A stretch of 59,304 bases of DNA. Origin: Negativicutes bacterium (lineage in GTDB: Bacteria > Bacillota > Negativicutes > JAGPMH01). The stretch lies in contig JAGPMH010000003.1 in the NCBI GenBank assembly GCA_018052945.1, forward strand, positions 1 through 59,304, read 5' to 3'. The position numbers and the translations under genes were made by a program. This document shows positions 18,940-28,447 of this stretch, one piece after another; the stretch's first letter is position 1; the number at the start of each line of letters is the position of its first letter. The notes under the pieces were generated by a model. That model worked only from the letters and a program-made list of their open reading frames with translations. It was not told where the DNA came from and searched no databases.

Positions 18940-20235
18940 TTAATTTAAAAATCTAAGATAAACATAGCTTGTTGATATTAAAATTGTTAATAACATTACA
19001 GGAAACCCAACTTTTAAGTATTTTACAAAAGAAATATTATGTCCTTTTTCTGCCGCCATTGCCGCTACAATTAAATTAGCACTAGCACCAATAATTGTAC
19101 CATTACCACCTAAGCAGGCTCCTAAGGCTAAACTCCACCAGATTGGCTCTAAATTAACAATTCCCATATTCCCCATATCAAAAATTAACGGAATCATTGT
19201 TGCTACAAATGGTATATTATCAAGAAAGGCAGAAATTATTGCACTCAGCCACAATACTAATAATGAGGTTTCTAAAACTTCACCTTTTGTTATTTCAAAA
19301 CAATATAAAGCAATTTGCTTAATAATACCTGTTTCAATCAAAGCACCCACTGCAATAAATAAACCGATGAAAAAAAAGATCGTTCCCCACTCAATTTTTT
19401 CTAAAACACTTTCAATAAAATTATGTTTTTTTCCGACAGTAGCTAATAATAAAAAACCACCAGTTAAAGCAATAGTCGAAGACTCTAAGTTCAAGCTTTG
19501 ATGCATAAAAAATCCTAATAATGTTAACATTAAGATTCCTAGTGATTTTTTTAATAATCTTCGATCTTTTATTTCTGCTTCAGGCTCTAACTTCATTATT
19601 TCAGCTTTCAAAGAATCTTGTGCCATTAATTTTTTACGATAAAGAAAACTTAAAATACCCACCACCACAATTAAATTAATGACCGCAATTGGTGCTAAGT
19701 TTTGGATAAATGCCAAAAATGTCAACTCTTTAACTGCACTACCGATCATAATATTGGGCGGATCACCAATTAAAGTGGCGGTTCCCCCAATATTAGAAGC
19801 AATAATTTGAGTTATCAAGAAAGGAATCGGATCTACTTTCAGTTTTTTAGTAATACTAATAGTTACAGGTACAATCAACAAAACTGTTGTTACATTATCA
19901 AGAAAAGCTGAACAAACTGCAGTTATCAAGGCTAATATAATTAAAATTCTTTTAGGCTCACCTTTTGCTACCTTGGCAGCATAAATTGCAATATAATTAA
20001 AAACTCCGGTTTGTCCTGTTATTGCAACAATAATCATCATACCAATCAATAATCCTAAAGTATTAAAATCAATATGGTGGATAGCTTTTTCTTGTGTTAT
20101 TATACCTGTTAAAACCATTAAGAGTGACCCTAACATTGCCACTACAGTTCTATTAATTTTTTCACTAGCAATAAAAACATACATTATAATAAAAATTATA
20201 CCTGCTAATAAACCAGAATTAATCAAATTTTTCAC
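18940..20235 (-). CDS. ArsB/NhaD-superfamily (CitMHS-like) ion or anion permease
   Basis: 431 aa polytopic protein. ..FLDNVTTVLL..P.. occurs twice and ..GGTATLIGDPPN.. is typical of the family. GTG at 20235 abuts GAGG, so TTG at 20226 is the more plausible start. Confidence 0.8.
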   Translation of the reverse strand: MKNLINSGLLAGIIFIIMYVFIASEKINRTVVAMLGSLLMVLTGIITQEKAIHHIDFNTLGLLIGMMIIVAITGQTGVFNYIAIYAAKVAKGEPKRILIILALITAVCSAFLDNVTTVLLIVPVTISITKKLKVDPIPFLITQIIASNIGGTATLIGDPPNIMIGSAVKELTFLAFIQNLAPIAVINLIVVVGILSFLYRKKLMAQDSLKAEIMKLEPEAEIKDRRLLKKSLGILMLTLLGFFMHQSLNLESSTIALTGGFLLLATVGKKHNFIESVLEKIEWGTIFFFIGLFIAVGALIETGIIKQIALYCFEITKGEVLETSLLVLWLSAIISAFLDNIPFVATMIPLIFDMGNMGIVNLEPIWWSLALGACLGGNGTIIGASANLIVAAMAAEKGHNISFVKYLKVGFPVMLLTILISTSYVYLRFLN

Positions 20236-20238
20236 CTC

Positions 20239-20274
20239 AAAAAAAAATAGAAGAAGCCTGTGTGAACAGACTCC
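20239..20274 (-). terminator. Terminator of the propionate (mmd) operon
   Basis: Minus strand GGAGTCTG-ttcaca-CAGGCTTC followed by TTCTATTTTTTTTT. Confidence 0.6.
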
Positions 20275-20308
20275 TCCTATTTTGATATCACTATCATCAA
20301 ATATTTTA

Positions 20309-20704
20309 TTAACCGATAACTGCTAACACGTCACCAGGTTTAACACTTTGACCAGCTGCAACATTAACTGATTTTAATTTACCATCAGCAGGTGCAGTGA
20401 TTTCATTTTGCATTTTCATAGCTTCAAGAATTAATACAACATCACCTTTTTTAACTGCTTTACCAGCTTCAGCTACGATTTTAACGATTTTACCAGGCAT
20501 TGGTGCATTAACAGGAGTATCACCATCAGCAACAACTGCTGGAGCAGGTGCAGCAGCCGGTGCCGGTGCAGCAGCTGGTTTCGCAGCCGGTGCCGGTGCA
20601 GCAGCAGCTTTAACAACCGGAGCAGCTTTTACTTCTTCAACTTCAACTTCAAATGCAGTACCATTTACTTTAATGTTAAATTTTTTCACGTTAGATTCCT
20701 CCAT
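20309..20704 (-). CDS. mmdC: Biotin carboxyl carrier subunit of methylmalonyl-CoA decarboxylase or transcarboxylase
   Basis: 131 aa. Ala/Pro linker (AAAPAPAAKPAAAPAPAAAPAPA) and biotinyl-lysine motif EAMKM in a lipoyl-like fold. Confidence 0.9.
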   Translation of the reverse strand: MEESNVKKFNIKVNGTAFEVEVEEVKAAPVVKAAAAPAPAAKPAAAPAPAAAPAPAVVADGDTPVNAPMPGKIVKIVAEAGKAVKKGDVVLILEAMKMQNEITAPADGKLKSVNVAAGQSVKPGDVLAVIG

Positions 20705-20719
20705 AAAATTAAATTATTT

Positions 20720-20875
20720 TTAGTGTGAGTTCATTAATTTTTGACGACCAGCAGCAGCCCAAACTTCGCTTGTTTTAATGCGAATTGCCACAATTTTATT
20801 ACCAGTCATTTCAGCTACCGCAGCAGCTATTGCAGCCACAATTTCAGGGCTAACATTTTTTGCATCTATTTTCAT
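20720..20875 (-). CDS. Small soluble OadG-C-terminal-like subunit (MmdE-like), 51 aa, below the ORF-track cutoff
   Basis: Hand translation MKIDAKNVSPEIVAAIAAAVAEMTGNKIVAIRIKTSEVWAAAGRQKLMNSH. GGAAAGGTG RBS 6 nt upstream. Fits exactly between mmdA and the BCCP gene. PEIVAAIAAAV...W..AGR resembles the C-terminal part of OadG/MmdD-type subunits but lacks a TM helix. Confidence 0.6.
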   Translation of the reverse strand: MKIDAKNVSPEIVAAIAAAVAEMTGNKIVAIRIKTSEVWAAAGRQKLMNSH

Positions 20876-20892
20876 AATAATCACCTTTCCTC

Positions 20893-22422
20893 TTATAATG
20901 GTATATTACCATGTTTTTTAGCCGGACGAGCTTCGCGTTTGCTCGCTAGCATATTCAAGGCAGTGATAATACGAGGTCTTGTTTCTCTTGGTTCAATAAC
21001 CATGTCTACAACACCGCGTTCAGCAGCTTTGTAAGGAGTTGCAAATTCTTCGATATATTTATCAGTTTTTTCTGCAACGTTAGGATCTTTACGGAAAATA
21101 ATATTAGCCGCACCAGCAGGTCCCATAACCGCAATCTCAGCCGTTGGCCAAGCCATAACTTGGTCAGCACCTAAATCTTGTGAACACATTGCTAAATAAG
21201 ATCCACCGTATGCTTTACGAGTAATAACTGTAATTTTTGGTACAGTTGCTTCCGAATATGCATAAAGCATTTTAGCACCATGACGAATAATACCGCCATA
21301 TTCTTGATCTGTTCCAGGTAAGAAACCAGGCACGTCAACAAGATTTACAATTGGAATATTGAAAGCATCACAGAAACGAATAAATCTTGATGATTTATCA
21401 GAAGCATTTACATCTAAGCAACCTGCCATAACTGAAGGTTGGTTAGCAATAATACCAACAGATCTACCATCAAAACGAGCAAAGCAAGTGATGATGTTTT
21501 TTGCATAATGTTCATGAACTTCATAGAATTCACCGTTATCAACGATAGTTGTAATAACATCTTTCATGTCATAAGGCATGTTAGGGTTATCCGGTAATAA
21601 TGTATTTAAGCTTTCATCAGCACGGCTAGGATCATCTCCGGTTTCAACAACTGGAGCTTCTTCTAAGTTATTGCTTGGTAAATAGCTTAATAAATAACGG
21701 ATTTGTTCAATACAATCCACTTCGTTTTCAGCTGCAAAATGTGCTACACCGGAAACGCTATTATGAGTCATTGCTCCACCAAGTTCTTCTGCTGTAACTT
21801 CTTCTGCTGTAACAGATTTAATAACGGCAGGACCAGTGATAAACATTTGACTTGTATTTTTAACCATGTAAATAAAATCAGTTATTGCTGGGGAGTACAC
21901 TGCACCACCGGCACAAGGACCCATTATTACTGAAATTTGTGGTACCACGCCAGAAGCTAATGTATTGCGGAAGAATATTTTACCATATCCACCTAATGCA
22001 TCAATTGCTTCTTGAATACGAGCTCCACCTGAATCATTAATACCAATTACAGGCGCACCCATTTTAATTGATAAGTCTAAAACTTTGCAAATTTTGGCAG
22101 CATGCATTTCACCAAGAGAACCACCTTCAACAGTGAAATCTTGTGCAAAAGCATACACTAAACGACCATTAACTGTACCATAACCGGTTACAACACCTTC
22201 TGCCGGTAAAGTTTTCTTTTCCATGCCGAAGTTTGTGCAACGATGTGTAACAAACTGGTCAAGTTCTACAAACGTTCCTTCGTCAAAGAATAACTCGATA
22301 CGCTCGCGCGCAGTCATTTTACCTTGGGCGTGTTGCTTTGCAATTCTAGCTTCGCCGCCACCAAGCATAATTTTTTCGCGCTTAGCTTTCATAATTTCAA
22401 TTCTTTCTTGAACAGTAGCCAT
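20893..22422 (-). CDS. mmdA: Methylmalonyl-CoA carboxyltransferase (decarboxylase alpha / transcarboxylase 12S type)
   Basis: 509 aa crotonase-fold carboxyltransferase (..[22 protein letters not shown].., ..DSGGARIQE.., ..[23 protein letters not shown]..). Confidence 0.92.
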   Translation of the reverse strand: MATVQERIEIMKAKREKIMLGGGEARIAKQHAQGKMTARERIELFFDEGTFVELDQFVTHRCTNFGMEKKTLPAEGVVTGYGTVNGRLVYAFAQDFTVEGGSLGEMHAAKICKVLDLSIKMGAPVIGINDSGGARIQEAIDALGGYGKIFFRNTLASGVVPQISVIMGPCAGGAVYSPAITDFIYMVKNTSQMFITGPAVIKSVTAEEVTAEELGGAMTHNSVSGVAHFAAENEVDCIEQIRYLLSYLPSNNLEEAPVVETGDDPSRADESLNTLLPDNPNMPYDMKDVITTIVDNGEFYEVHEHYAKNIITCFARFDGRSVGIIANQPSVMAGCLDVNASDKSSRFIRFCDAFNIPIVNLVDVPGFLPGTDQEYGGIIRHGAKMLYAYSEATVPKITVITRKAYGGSYLAMCSQDLGADQVMAWPTAEIAVMGPAGAANIIFRKDPNVAEKTDKYIEEFATPYKAAERGVVDMVIEPRETRPRIITALNMLASKREARPAKKHGNIPL

Positions 22423-22454
22423 TTTCTACCTCCTACCAGATTCATCTACAGATA

Positions 22455-22862
22455 TTATTGACGTTCTGAAATTTCTAATAAAATACCACCAGTTGATTTT
22501 GGATGTACGAAAGCAATTTTCGCTCCGCCGGCACCGTAACGTGGTTTTTCATCAATCATACGAACGCCTTTTGCCATTAAATCAGCAATAGCTGCTTCAA
22601 TGTTATCCACTCTTAATGCAATGTGTTGAATTCCTTCGCCTTTTTTCTCGATGTGTTTAGCAATTGGACCATCTGGAGAAGTTGACTCCAATAATTCAAT
22701 TTCACTATCGCCACAAGGTATGAAACAAACTTTTACTTTTTGTTCTTCAACAACTTCTTCACCTAAAGCTTTCATCCCTAAAAACTCAGTATAAAACTTT
22801 TTAGCTTGTTCTATATCTTTTACCGCAATACCGATATGATCAACTCTACCTACATTAAACAT
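22455..22862 (-). CDS. mce: Methylmalonyl-CoA epimerase
   Basis: 135 aa VOC/glyoxalase fold. ..VDHIGIAV.D...A..FY.., ..GIQHIALRVDNI.., ..IAFVHPKSTGGILLE. Confidence 0.9.
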   Translation of the reverse strand: MFNVGRVDHIGIAVKDIEQAKKFYTEFLGMKALGEEVVEEQKVKVCFIPCGDSEIELLESTSPDGPIAKHIEKKGEGIQHIALRVDNIEAAIADLMAKGVRMIDEKPRYGAGGAKIAFVHPKSTGGILLEISERQ

Positions 22863-22912
22863 ATCTATACCCCCTTAAAATTTTTAAATTTTGTAGAGAA
22901 GTTCTCTACATT

Positions 22913-23851
22913 TCATTTTAACATACTTTGTAATGTTTTTTCTACTATTGTATAAGGATCGTTACGACGAGCTTGTATATCAGCTACAAATTTGTCTAAC
23001 TCACCATTTTCGTCAATTTTACGCAAAACATAATTTCCAAGTTCAGTTTTTAATATCGATAATAACTCATTTCTCGTTCTTTCATTACGACGAGTAACAA
23101 GTTTCCCAGATTCTTTTAAATAATTAAAATGTTCTTCTAAAGCCTCAAAAAGTTCTTTTACCCCTTTATCTTGGCTAGCAATTGTTTGTTTTATTGTTGG
23201 TCGCCAATCCATCTTTTCAGTATTGAGATCCAACATCATATTCAATTCAATATTGAGTTTATCTGCGCCATCGCGATCAGCTTTATTAATGGCAAAAACA
23301 TCACCGATTTCTAAAATACCGGCTTTGATAGCTTGAATATCATCACCCAAGCCCGGAACCAATACTACCAAAGTAGTATCCGCCGCACTAACAATATCAA
23401 CCTCTGATTGGCCTACGCCAACTGTTTCAACTAAGATAACATCTTTTCCTGAGGCGTCCATTATCTTAACTGCTTCTGCAGTTTTTCTTGATAATCCACC
23501 TAAGCGACCTCTAGTACCCATACTACGAATAAACACGCCTTCATCTAAGGTTAACTCATTCATTCTAATACGGTCACCTAAAATTGCCCCACCAGAAAAA
23601 GGACTAGTTGGATCTACAGCAATAATTCCAACAGTTTTACCTTGACGGCGACATTCTTTGGCAAGTTTATCAGTCAAAGTACTTTTACCTGCTCCAGGAG
23701 GACCAGTTATGCCAATTACAAGAGCTCTACCGGTATGCGGATACAAATCACGCATAATGCTAATAGCTTCATCATATTCGTTTTCAACAGCTGTAATAGC
23801 TCTTGAAAGTGCCAGCCTATTTCCTTCTAATACTTTTTTTGCTATATCCAT
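22913..23851 (-). CDS. meaB: Methylmalonyl-CoA mutase-associated G-protein chaperone MeaB/ArgK
   Basis: 312 aa. P-loop GPPGAGKST, ..VETVGVGQSE.., NKAD. Confidence 0.92.
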   Translation of the reverse strand: MDIAKKVLEGNRLALSRAITAVENEYDEAISIMRDLYPHTGRALVIGITGPPGAGKSTLTDKLAKECRRQGKTVGIIAVDPTSPFSGGAILGDRIRMNELTLDEGVFIRSMGTRGRLGGLSRKTAEAVKIMDASGKDVILVETVGVGQSEVDIVSAADTTLVVLVPGLGDDIQAIKAGILEIGDVFAINKADRDGADKLNIELNMMLDLNTEKMDWRPTIKQTIASQDKGVKELFEALEEHFNYLKESGKLVTRRNERTRNELLSILKTELGNYVLRKIDENGELDKFVADIQARRNDPYTIVEKTLQSMLK

Positions 23852-23873
23852 CTAGTCACACCACCTTATTAAA

Positions 23874-23909
23874 CGTGTTGCTCTCTGCTATAAGTTAGAG
23901 AGCAACACG
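23874..23909 (-). other. Strong intra-operon RNA hairpin between the mutase small subunit gene and meaB
   Basis: A 13-bp perfect stem CGTGTTGCTCTCT/AGAGAGCAACACG with a 10-nt loop. On the minus strand it is followed only by TTTAATAA, a weak U tract. Confidence 0.6.
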
Positions 23910-23921
23910 CAAATCAATCAA

Positions 23922-24329
23922 TTATTTTACGTTAGTATTTATAAAATCAACGATTGCACTTGTAGGTGTACCTGGTGTAAATACTTCTGCTACACCAGCT
24001 TCTTTTAATGCAGGAATGTCAGCATCAGGAATAACTCCACCACCAACAACTAATACATCTTCCATGCCTTTTTCTTTAAGTAACCCTACAACTTTAGGGA
24101 ATAAATGGCCATGAGCACCAGATAAAATACTCATTGCAACTACATTAACGTCTTCTTGAAGTGCAGCCTCAGCAATTTGCTCAGGTGTTTGACGAAGACC
24201 TGTATATACTACTTCAAAACCAGCATCACGAAGAGCACGTGCTACAACTTTAGCACCACGGTCATGACCATCAAGACCTGGTTTTGCTACTAATACTCTA
24301 ATACGTTTTTCCATATGTCGTCCCTCCAA
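23922..24329 (-). CDS. Methylmalonyl-CoA mutase, B12-binding small subunit
   Basis: ..[15 protein letters not shown].. is the DxHxxG cobalamin-binding motif. The likely true start is the ATG at 24314 (MEKRIRV..) with a GGAGGG RBS; the track start is an upstream TTG. Confidence 0.92.
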   Translation of the reverse strand: MEGRHMEKRIRVLVAKPGLDGHDRGAKVVARALRDAGFEVVYTGLRQTPEQIAEAALQEDVNVVAMSILSGAHGHLFPKVVGLLKEKGMEDVLVVGGGVIPDADIPALKEAGVAEVFTPGTPTSAIVDFINTNVK

Positions 24330-24338
24330 CTCTTGCTA

Positions 24339-25985
24339 TTATAGATTTACATGCGATTCGTATTCACCGAATACTTTACGCATAACTCCACAAATTTCAC
24401 CTAATGTAGCATATGTTTTTACTGCATTTAAAATTAGTGGCATTAAGTTTACAGACTCATCGTTACAGCCTGCTTCAAGTGCTGTAAGACTAGCAGTAAC
24501 TGCTGCATTGTCACGTTCAGCTCTTAATTTAGCAAGTTTTTGTTTTTGAAGTTCGCCAACGGAAGCATCTACACGTAATAAACCTTCAACCGGTTTTTCT
24601 TCAACTTGGAATTTATTAACCCCAACAATAACTTTATTGCCTTTTTCAACATCCATTTGCCATTTATAAGCACTGTCTTGAATTTCTTTTTGGATGTAAC
24701 CTTTTTCAATTGCAGTAACAGCGCCACCAATTTCATCAATTTTCTTGATGTATTCCCAAGCTTCTGCTTCGATTTGATTAGTAAGTGCTTCTACATAGTA
24801 AGAACCTGCTAATGGATCGATTACATCAGCTAAACCACTTTCATACGCAACGATTTGTTGTGTACGAAGTGCAATCATTACTGACTCTTCAGTTGGTAAT
24901 GCTAATGCTTCATCTTTGGAATTAGTGTGAAGTGATTGTGTACCACCCATAACAGCAGCTGCAGTTTGAAGCGCAACACGGATGATATTGTTGTTAGGTT
25001 GTTGAGCTGTAAGCATTGAACCAGCAGTTTGAGTATGAACACGAAGCATCCATGATTTAGGATTTTTCGCACCAAAACGCTCTTTCATTACTTTTGCCCA
25101 TACACGACGTGATGCACGGAATTTAGCAACCTCTTCTAATACATTGTTATGTGCATTCCAGAAGAATGATAAACGACCTGCAAACGCGTCAACGTCTAAA
25201 CCAGCTTTAATCGCTGCTTCTGCATAAGCAATACCATCAGCAATTGTAAATGCGATTTCTTGTGATGCAGTTGAACCAGCTTCACGAATATGGTAACCGG
25301 AAATAGAAATTGTATTCCAGTTAGGCACATTTTTTGAGCAATATTCAAAGATATTAGTAATTAAACGCATTGAAGGTTTTGGAGGGAAAATATAAGTTCC
25401 ACGAGCCGCATATTCCTTCAAAATATCATTTTGAATAGTTCCTTTTAATAAATCAGCTGAAACACCTTGTTTTTCAGCAACTGCAATATACATTGCAAGT
25501 AATACTGATGCCGGTGCATTAATTGTCATGGAAGTTGAAACTTTTCCTAAATCGATTTGATCGAAAAGAATTTCCATATCAGATAAAGAGTCAATCGCAA
25601 CCCCTACTTTACCAACCTCACCAGTTGAGATTTCATCATCTGAATCATAACCAATTTGTGTTGGTAAGTCGAATGCACAAGATAATCCTGTAGCACCGGA
25701 CTCAATTAAGTAACGATAACGTTTATTGGACTCCTCCGCAGTTGAGAACCCTGCATACATACGCATAGTCCAGAAACGACCACGGTACATTGTTGGTTGA
25801 ACACCACGGGTGAATGGAAACTCACCTGGGAAACCAATTTCACTCAAGTAGTCAGTACCCTCAACATCAAGTGGAGTATAAATACGTTTTTCGGAAAGAT
25901 TATTACGTTCTGGGAATTTCGCTATAGCTTTTTGAACTTTGGCATCATATTCCGCCAATTTAGCTTTTAAATTTTCATTGCTCAT
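24339..25985 (-). CDS. Methylmalonyl-CoA mutase, catalytic large subunit
   Basis: 548 aa TIM-barrel mutase. [23 protein letters not shown] keeps the substrate-specifying Tyr, and [13 protein letters not shown] keeps the Arg. Both argue for MCM rather than isobutyryl-CoA mutase. Confidence 0.92.
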   Translation of the reverse strand: MSNENLKAKLAEYDAKVQKAIAKFPERNNLSEKRIYTPLDVEGTDYLSEIGFPGEFPFTRGVQPTMYRGRFWTMRMYAGFSTAEESNKRYRYLIESGATGLSCAFDLPTQIGYDSDDEISTGEVGKVGVAIDSLSDMEILFDQIDLGKVSTSMTINAPASVLLAMYIAVAEKQGVSADLLKGTIQNDILKEYAARGTYIFPPKPSMRLITNIFEYCSKNVPNWNTISISGYHIREAGSTASQEIAFTIADGIAYAEAAIKAGLDVDAFAGRLSFFWNAHNNVLEEVAKFRASRRVWAKVMKERFGAKNPKSWMLRVHTQTAGSMLTAQQPNNNIIRVALQTAAAVMGGTQSLHTNSKDEALALPTEESVMIALRTQQIVAYESGLADVIDPLAGSYYVEALTNQIEAEAWEYIKKIDEIGGAVTAIEKGYIQKEIQDSAYKWQMDVEKGNKVIVGVNKFQVEEKPVEGLLRVDASVGELQKQKLAKLRAERDNAAVTASLTALEAGCNDESVNLMPLILNAVKTYATLGEICGVMRKVFGEYESHVNL

Positions 25986-25998
25986 TAAATATGCCTCC

Positions 25999-27510
25999 TT
26001 ACTTTTGTTTTTTCATTGTGCCTGTTTCCATAAATCTATTATGCCATGACAAAGCTTCACTCATTAAATGTGGAGTGTGTGCTTTTTTTGTAGCTTTTTC
26101 AGCTCTCTCTAAATAATCAAGCAACATAGGTCTATAGTCAGGATGAGCACAATTATTAATAATAACACGAGCACGCTCTTTTGGACTTAAGCCACGAACG
26201 TCTGCTAGCCCAATTTCTGTTACAAAAACGTCAGTGTCATGCTCAGTGTGATCAACGTGTGATACCATTGGAACGATTGACGAAATACTGCCGTTTTTCG
26301 CAGTGGATGGTGTGAAGAAACATGTTAAAGATGCATTACGTGCAAAATCACCTGCACCACCAATACCATTCATCATTTTCGAACCCATAATATGAGTTGA
26401 ATTAACATTGCCATATATATCAAATTCAATCGCTGTATTCATCGCAATAACACCAAGGCGACGAACAACTTCAGGATTGTTGGAAATTTCTTGAGGACGA
26501 AGGAACATTTTAGTGCGATAGTCACTTATATTTTGATAAAAACGCACTAATCCATCCGGTGATGGTGAGAAGGACGCTCCTGATGCGCATTTAAGTTTGC
26601 CGGCATCAGCAAGGTCAAACATCCCGTCTTGGATTACTTCCGTATAAACTTCTAGACCAGTAAAGTCTGAATTTACAAAGCCACTAATTACAGCATTAGC
26701 AACCGAACCAACGCCGGATTGTAATGGTAATAAATTTTTAGGCATACGGCCAGCTTTAATTTCGTTTTTAAAGAATTCAATTGTCAATTCTGACATTCGT
26801 CTTGAATCATCATCAATATCGCCAAATGGACGAACATCATCTTTAATATCGCAAGGAACGATATATTTGATTTTGTCCATACCACAAGGAATATAAGTTG
26901 TACCAATTCTATCCCCTACACTTACAATTGGAATTGGCAAACGATGTGGTGGATCCATTGGAATATATACATCATGCATACCTTCTAATTCTAGTGGTTG
27001 CGATGTATTAACTTCAACAATAACAACATCTGCGCTTTGTACATATGAAGCAGTGTTACCCATCGAAGTTGTTGGGATAATGTGTCCCTCTTCAGTAATT
27101 GCACATGCTTCAACAATAGCGATGTCGATATTGCCGCCCATGTAACCATAACGTGCAAATTGTGCTGATTCGCTTAAATGAAGATCACAATAATCAACTG
27201 TTCCATCATTTACTTGTTTGCGTAAAGCACCATTAGTTTGGTATGGCATACGTTTTTTGATACCATTTACTCTCGCTAGTGAACCATCTAGTTCATCACC
27301 AACAGATGCTCCACTCCAAATATTAACTTGGAAAGGTGTTTGTTCCATTCTCTTTGCTAAAGCCATTGGCACAGCTTTTGGATAGCCCGCAGGGGTAAAT
27401 CCGCTTACGCCAATATTCATGCCAGGTTTTATGAACGCAGCTGCTTCTTCTGCTGAAACAATTTTCGCATGAAGCTCGGTATTACGCACGCGATCACGAA
27501 TGTCAATCAT
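25999..27510 (-). CDS. Succinate/propionyl-CoA:succinate CoA transferase (Cat1/ScpC acetyl-CoA hydrolase-transferase family)
   Basis: 503 aa. Family motifs ..[15 protein letters not shown].., ..[12 protein letters not shown].., ..[15 protein letters not shown]... First gene of the mutase operon. Confidence 0.88.
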   Translation of the reverse strand: MIDIRDRVRNTELHAKIVSAEEAAAFIKPGMNIGVSGFTPAGYPKAVPMALAKRMEQTPFQVNIWSGASVGDELDGSLARVNGIKKRMPYQTNGALRKQVNDGTVDYCDLHLSESAQFARYGYMGGNIDIAIVEACAITEEGHIIPTTSMGNTASYVQSADVVIVEVNTSQPLELEGMHDVYIPMDPPHRLPIPIVSVGDRIGTTYIPCGMDKIKYIVPCDIKDDVRPFGDIDDDSRRMSELTIEFFKNEIKAGRMPKNLLPLQSGVGSVANAVISGFVNSDFTGLEVYTEVIQDGMFDLADAGKLKCASGASFSPSPDGLVRFYQNISDYRTKMFLRPQEISNNPEVVRRLGVIAMNTAIEFDIYGNVNSTHIMGSKMMNGIGGAGDFARNASLTCFFTPSTAKNGSISSIVPMVSHVDHTEHDTDVFVTEIGLADVRGLSPKERARVIINNCAHPDYRPMLLDYLERAEKATKKAHTPHLMSEALSWHNRFMETGTMKKQK

Positions 27511-27727
27511 TTAAAACTTCCTCCTTGGTAGGTCAACGAAAAAAATTGGCCATTTCTTACTTAATTTTATAGTTAATTAAAAACACACTTGATAACTTTA
27601 TACTATCTTAGCATATATTTTAATTATCCCACTGATTAGCATACCACTACACAGCAATACCGTCAAGTAGACATTACTGACCATTGACGGTATTTTTACT
27701 CATATTTTTTCTATAAGTAATAGCATT

Positions 27728-27747
27728 TTGTGAAATTTTGTTCAAAC
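27728..27747. promoter_or_regulatory. Candidate Rex operator
   Basis: TTGTGAA-ATTTTG-TTCAAAC versus consensus TTGTGAA-N6-TTCACAA. The left half matches perfectly and the right half matches 5 of 7. It lies 3 nt downstream (minus sense) of a TATAAT at 27750-27755, immediately downstream of rex and about 220 nt upstream of the CoA-transferase start. Confidence 0.5.
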
Positions 27748-27802
27748 TTATTATAATTAAATATATTTCGCTCTTTTGTCAAAAAATCCTGCCATTTAAC
27801 AA

Positions 27803-28444
27803 TTATTTTTTCCTCGATAAATGAAATGATAAACTACTAAGGCCCACTGACAAATCTTCATTAACAATACAGATATGTTCTGGAACTCTAATTTTAATTG
27901 GGGCAAAATTCCAAATTCCAATTACGCCCGCTTTTACAAGCCTATCAGCTACCTCTTGGGCAAATTGTGACGGCACTGAAATCACACCAATATGAACTTC
28001 TCGTTCTTTTATTACCTTTTCCAAGTTATCAAACGAAGAAATTTCAATTCCATTTATATTATGACCGATAACCAATTCGTCTTTATCTAGTAACGCTACC
28101 AAGTTAAAACCTAGCGAAAAGAAGTTTTGATAATTGGCTAACGCTGTCCCTAAATGACCAATCCCTACCACCGCTATATTCCAATTGTTATTTAAGCCTA
28201 AGATTTCACCAATATTACGCATTAACTCTTGCACGTAATAACCGACACCTTTTTTACCAAACTGCCCAAAAGAAGTTAAGTCTTTTCTAATCTGTTCAGG
28301 CGTTATCCCCAATCTAAACCCCAGCTCTTCTGAAGATATAATTTCAATGCCTTCTTCTTTTGCTAATCTTAGCGTTCTAAAATATAACGGCAACCGATCA
28401 ATCGTTGCCTTTGAAATAACAACTTGTTCTTTCAATTGCCACAC
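27803..28444 (-). CDS. rex: Redox-sensing transcriptional repressor Rex
   Basis: 213 aa. Winged-helix N-terminus (..RLPLYFRTL..SS.ELG..) and Rossmann motif VVGIGHLGTALANY. Confidence 0.93.
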   Translation of the reverse strand: MWQLKEQVVISKATIDRLPLYFRTLRLAKEEGIEIISSEELGFRLGITPEQIRKDLTSFGQFGKKGVGYYVQELMRNIGEILGLNNNWNIAVVGIGHLGTALANYQNFFSLGFNLVALLDKDELVIGHNINGIEISSFDNLEKVIKEREVHIGVISVPSQFAQEVADRLVKAGVIGIWNFAPIKIRVPEHICIVNEDLSVGLSSLSFHLSRKK

Positions 28445-28447
28445 TCC

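Noticed and set aside
23922-25985. Possibility that the split B12 mutase is isobutyryl-CoA mutase (IcmA/IcmB) rather than methylmalonyl-CoA mutase.
   Set aside because: The substrate-discriminating positions read Tyr (..PTMYRG..) and Arg (..[11 protein letters not shown]..) as in MCM. The context (epimerase, MmdA, BCCP, succinate CoA-transferase, MeaB) is the propionate pathway.
27511-27802. Cobalamin riboswitch or other known riboswitch in the long leader of the B12-dependent mutase operon.
   Set aside because: I found no B12-box-like GCCACTG core and no conserved multi-stem junction signature by eye. Only a single long hairpin and a Rex-like box are present. A covariance-model scan (Rfam) would be needed to exclude it formally.
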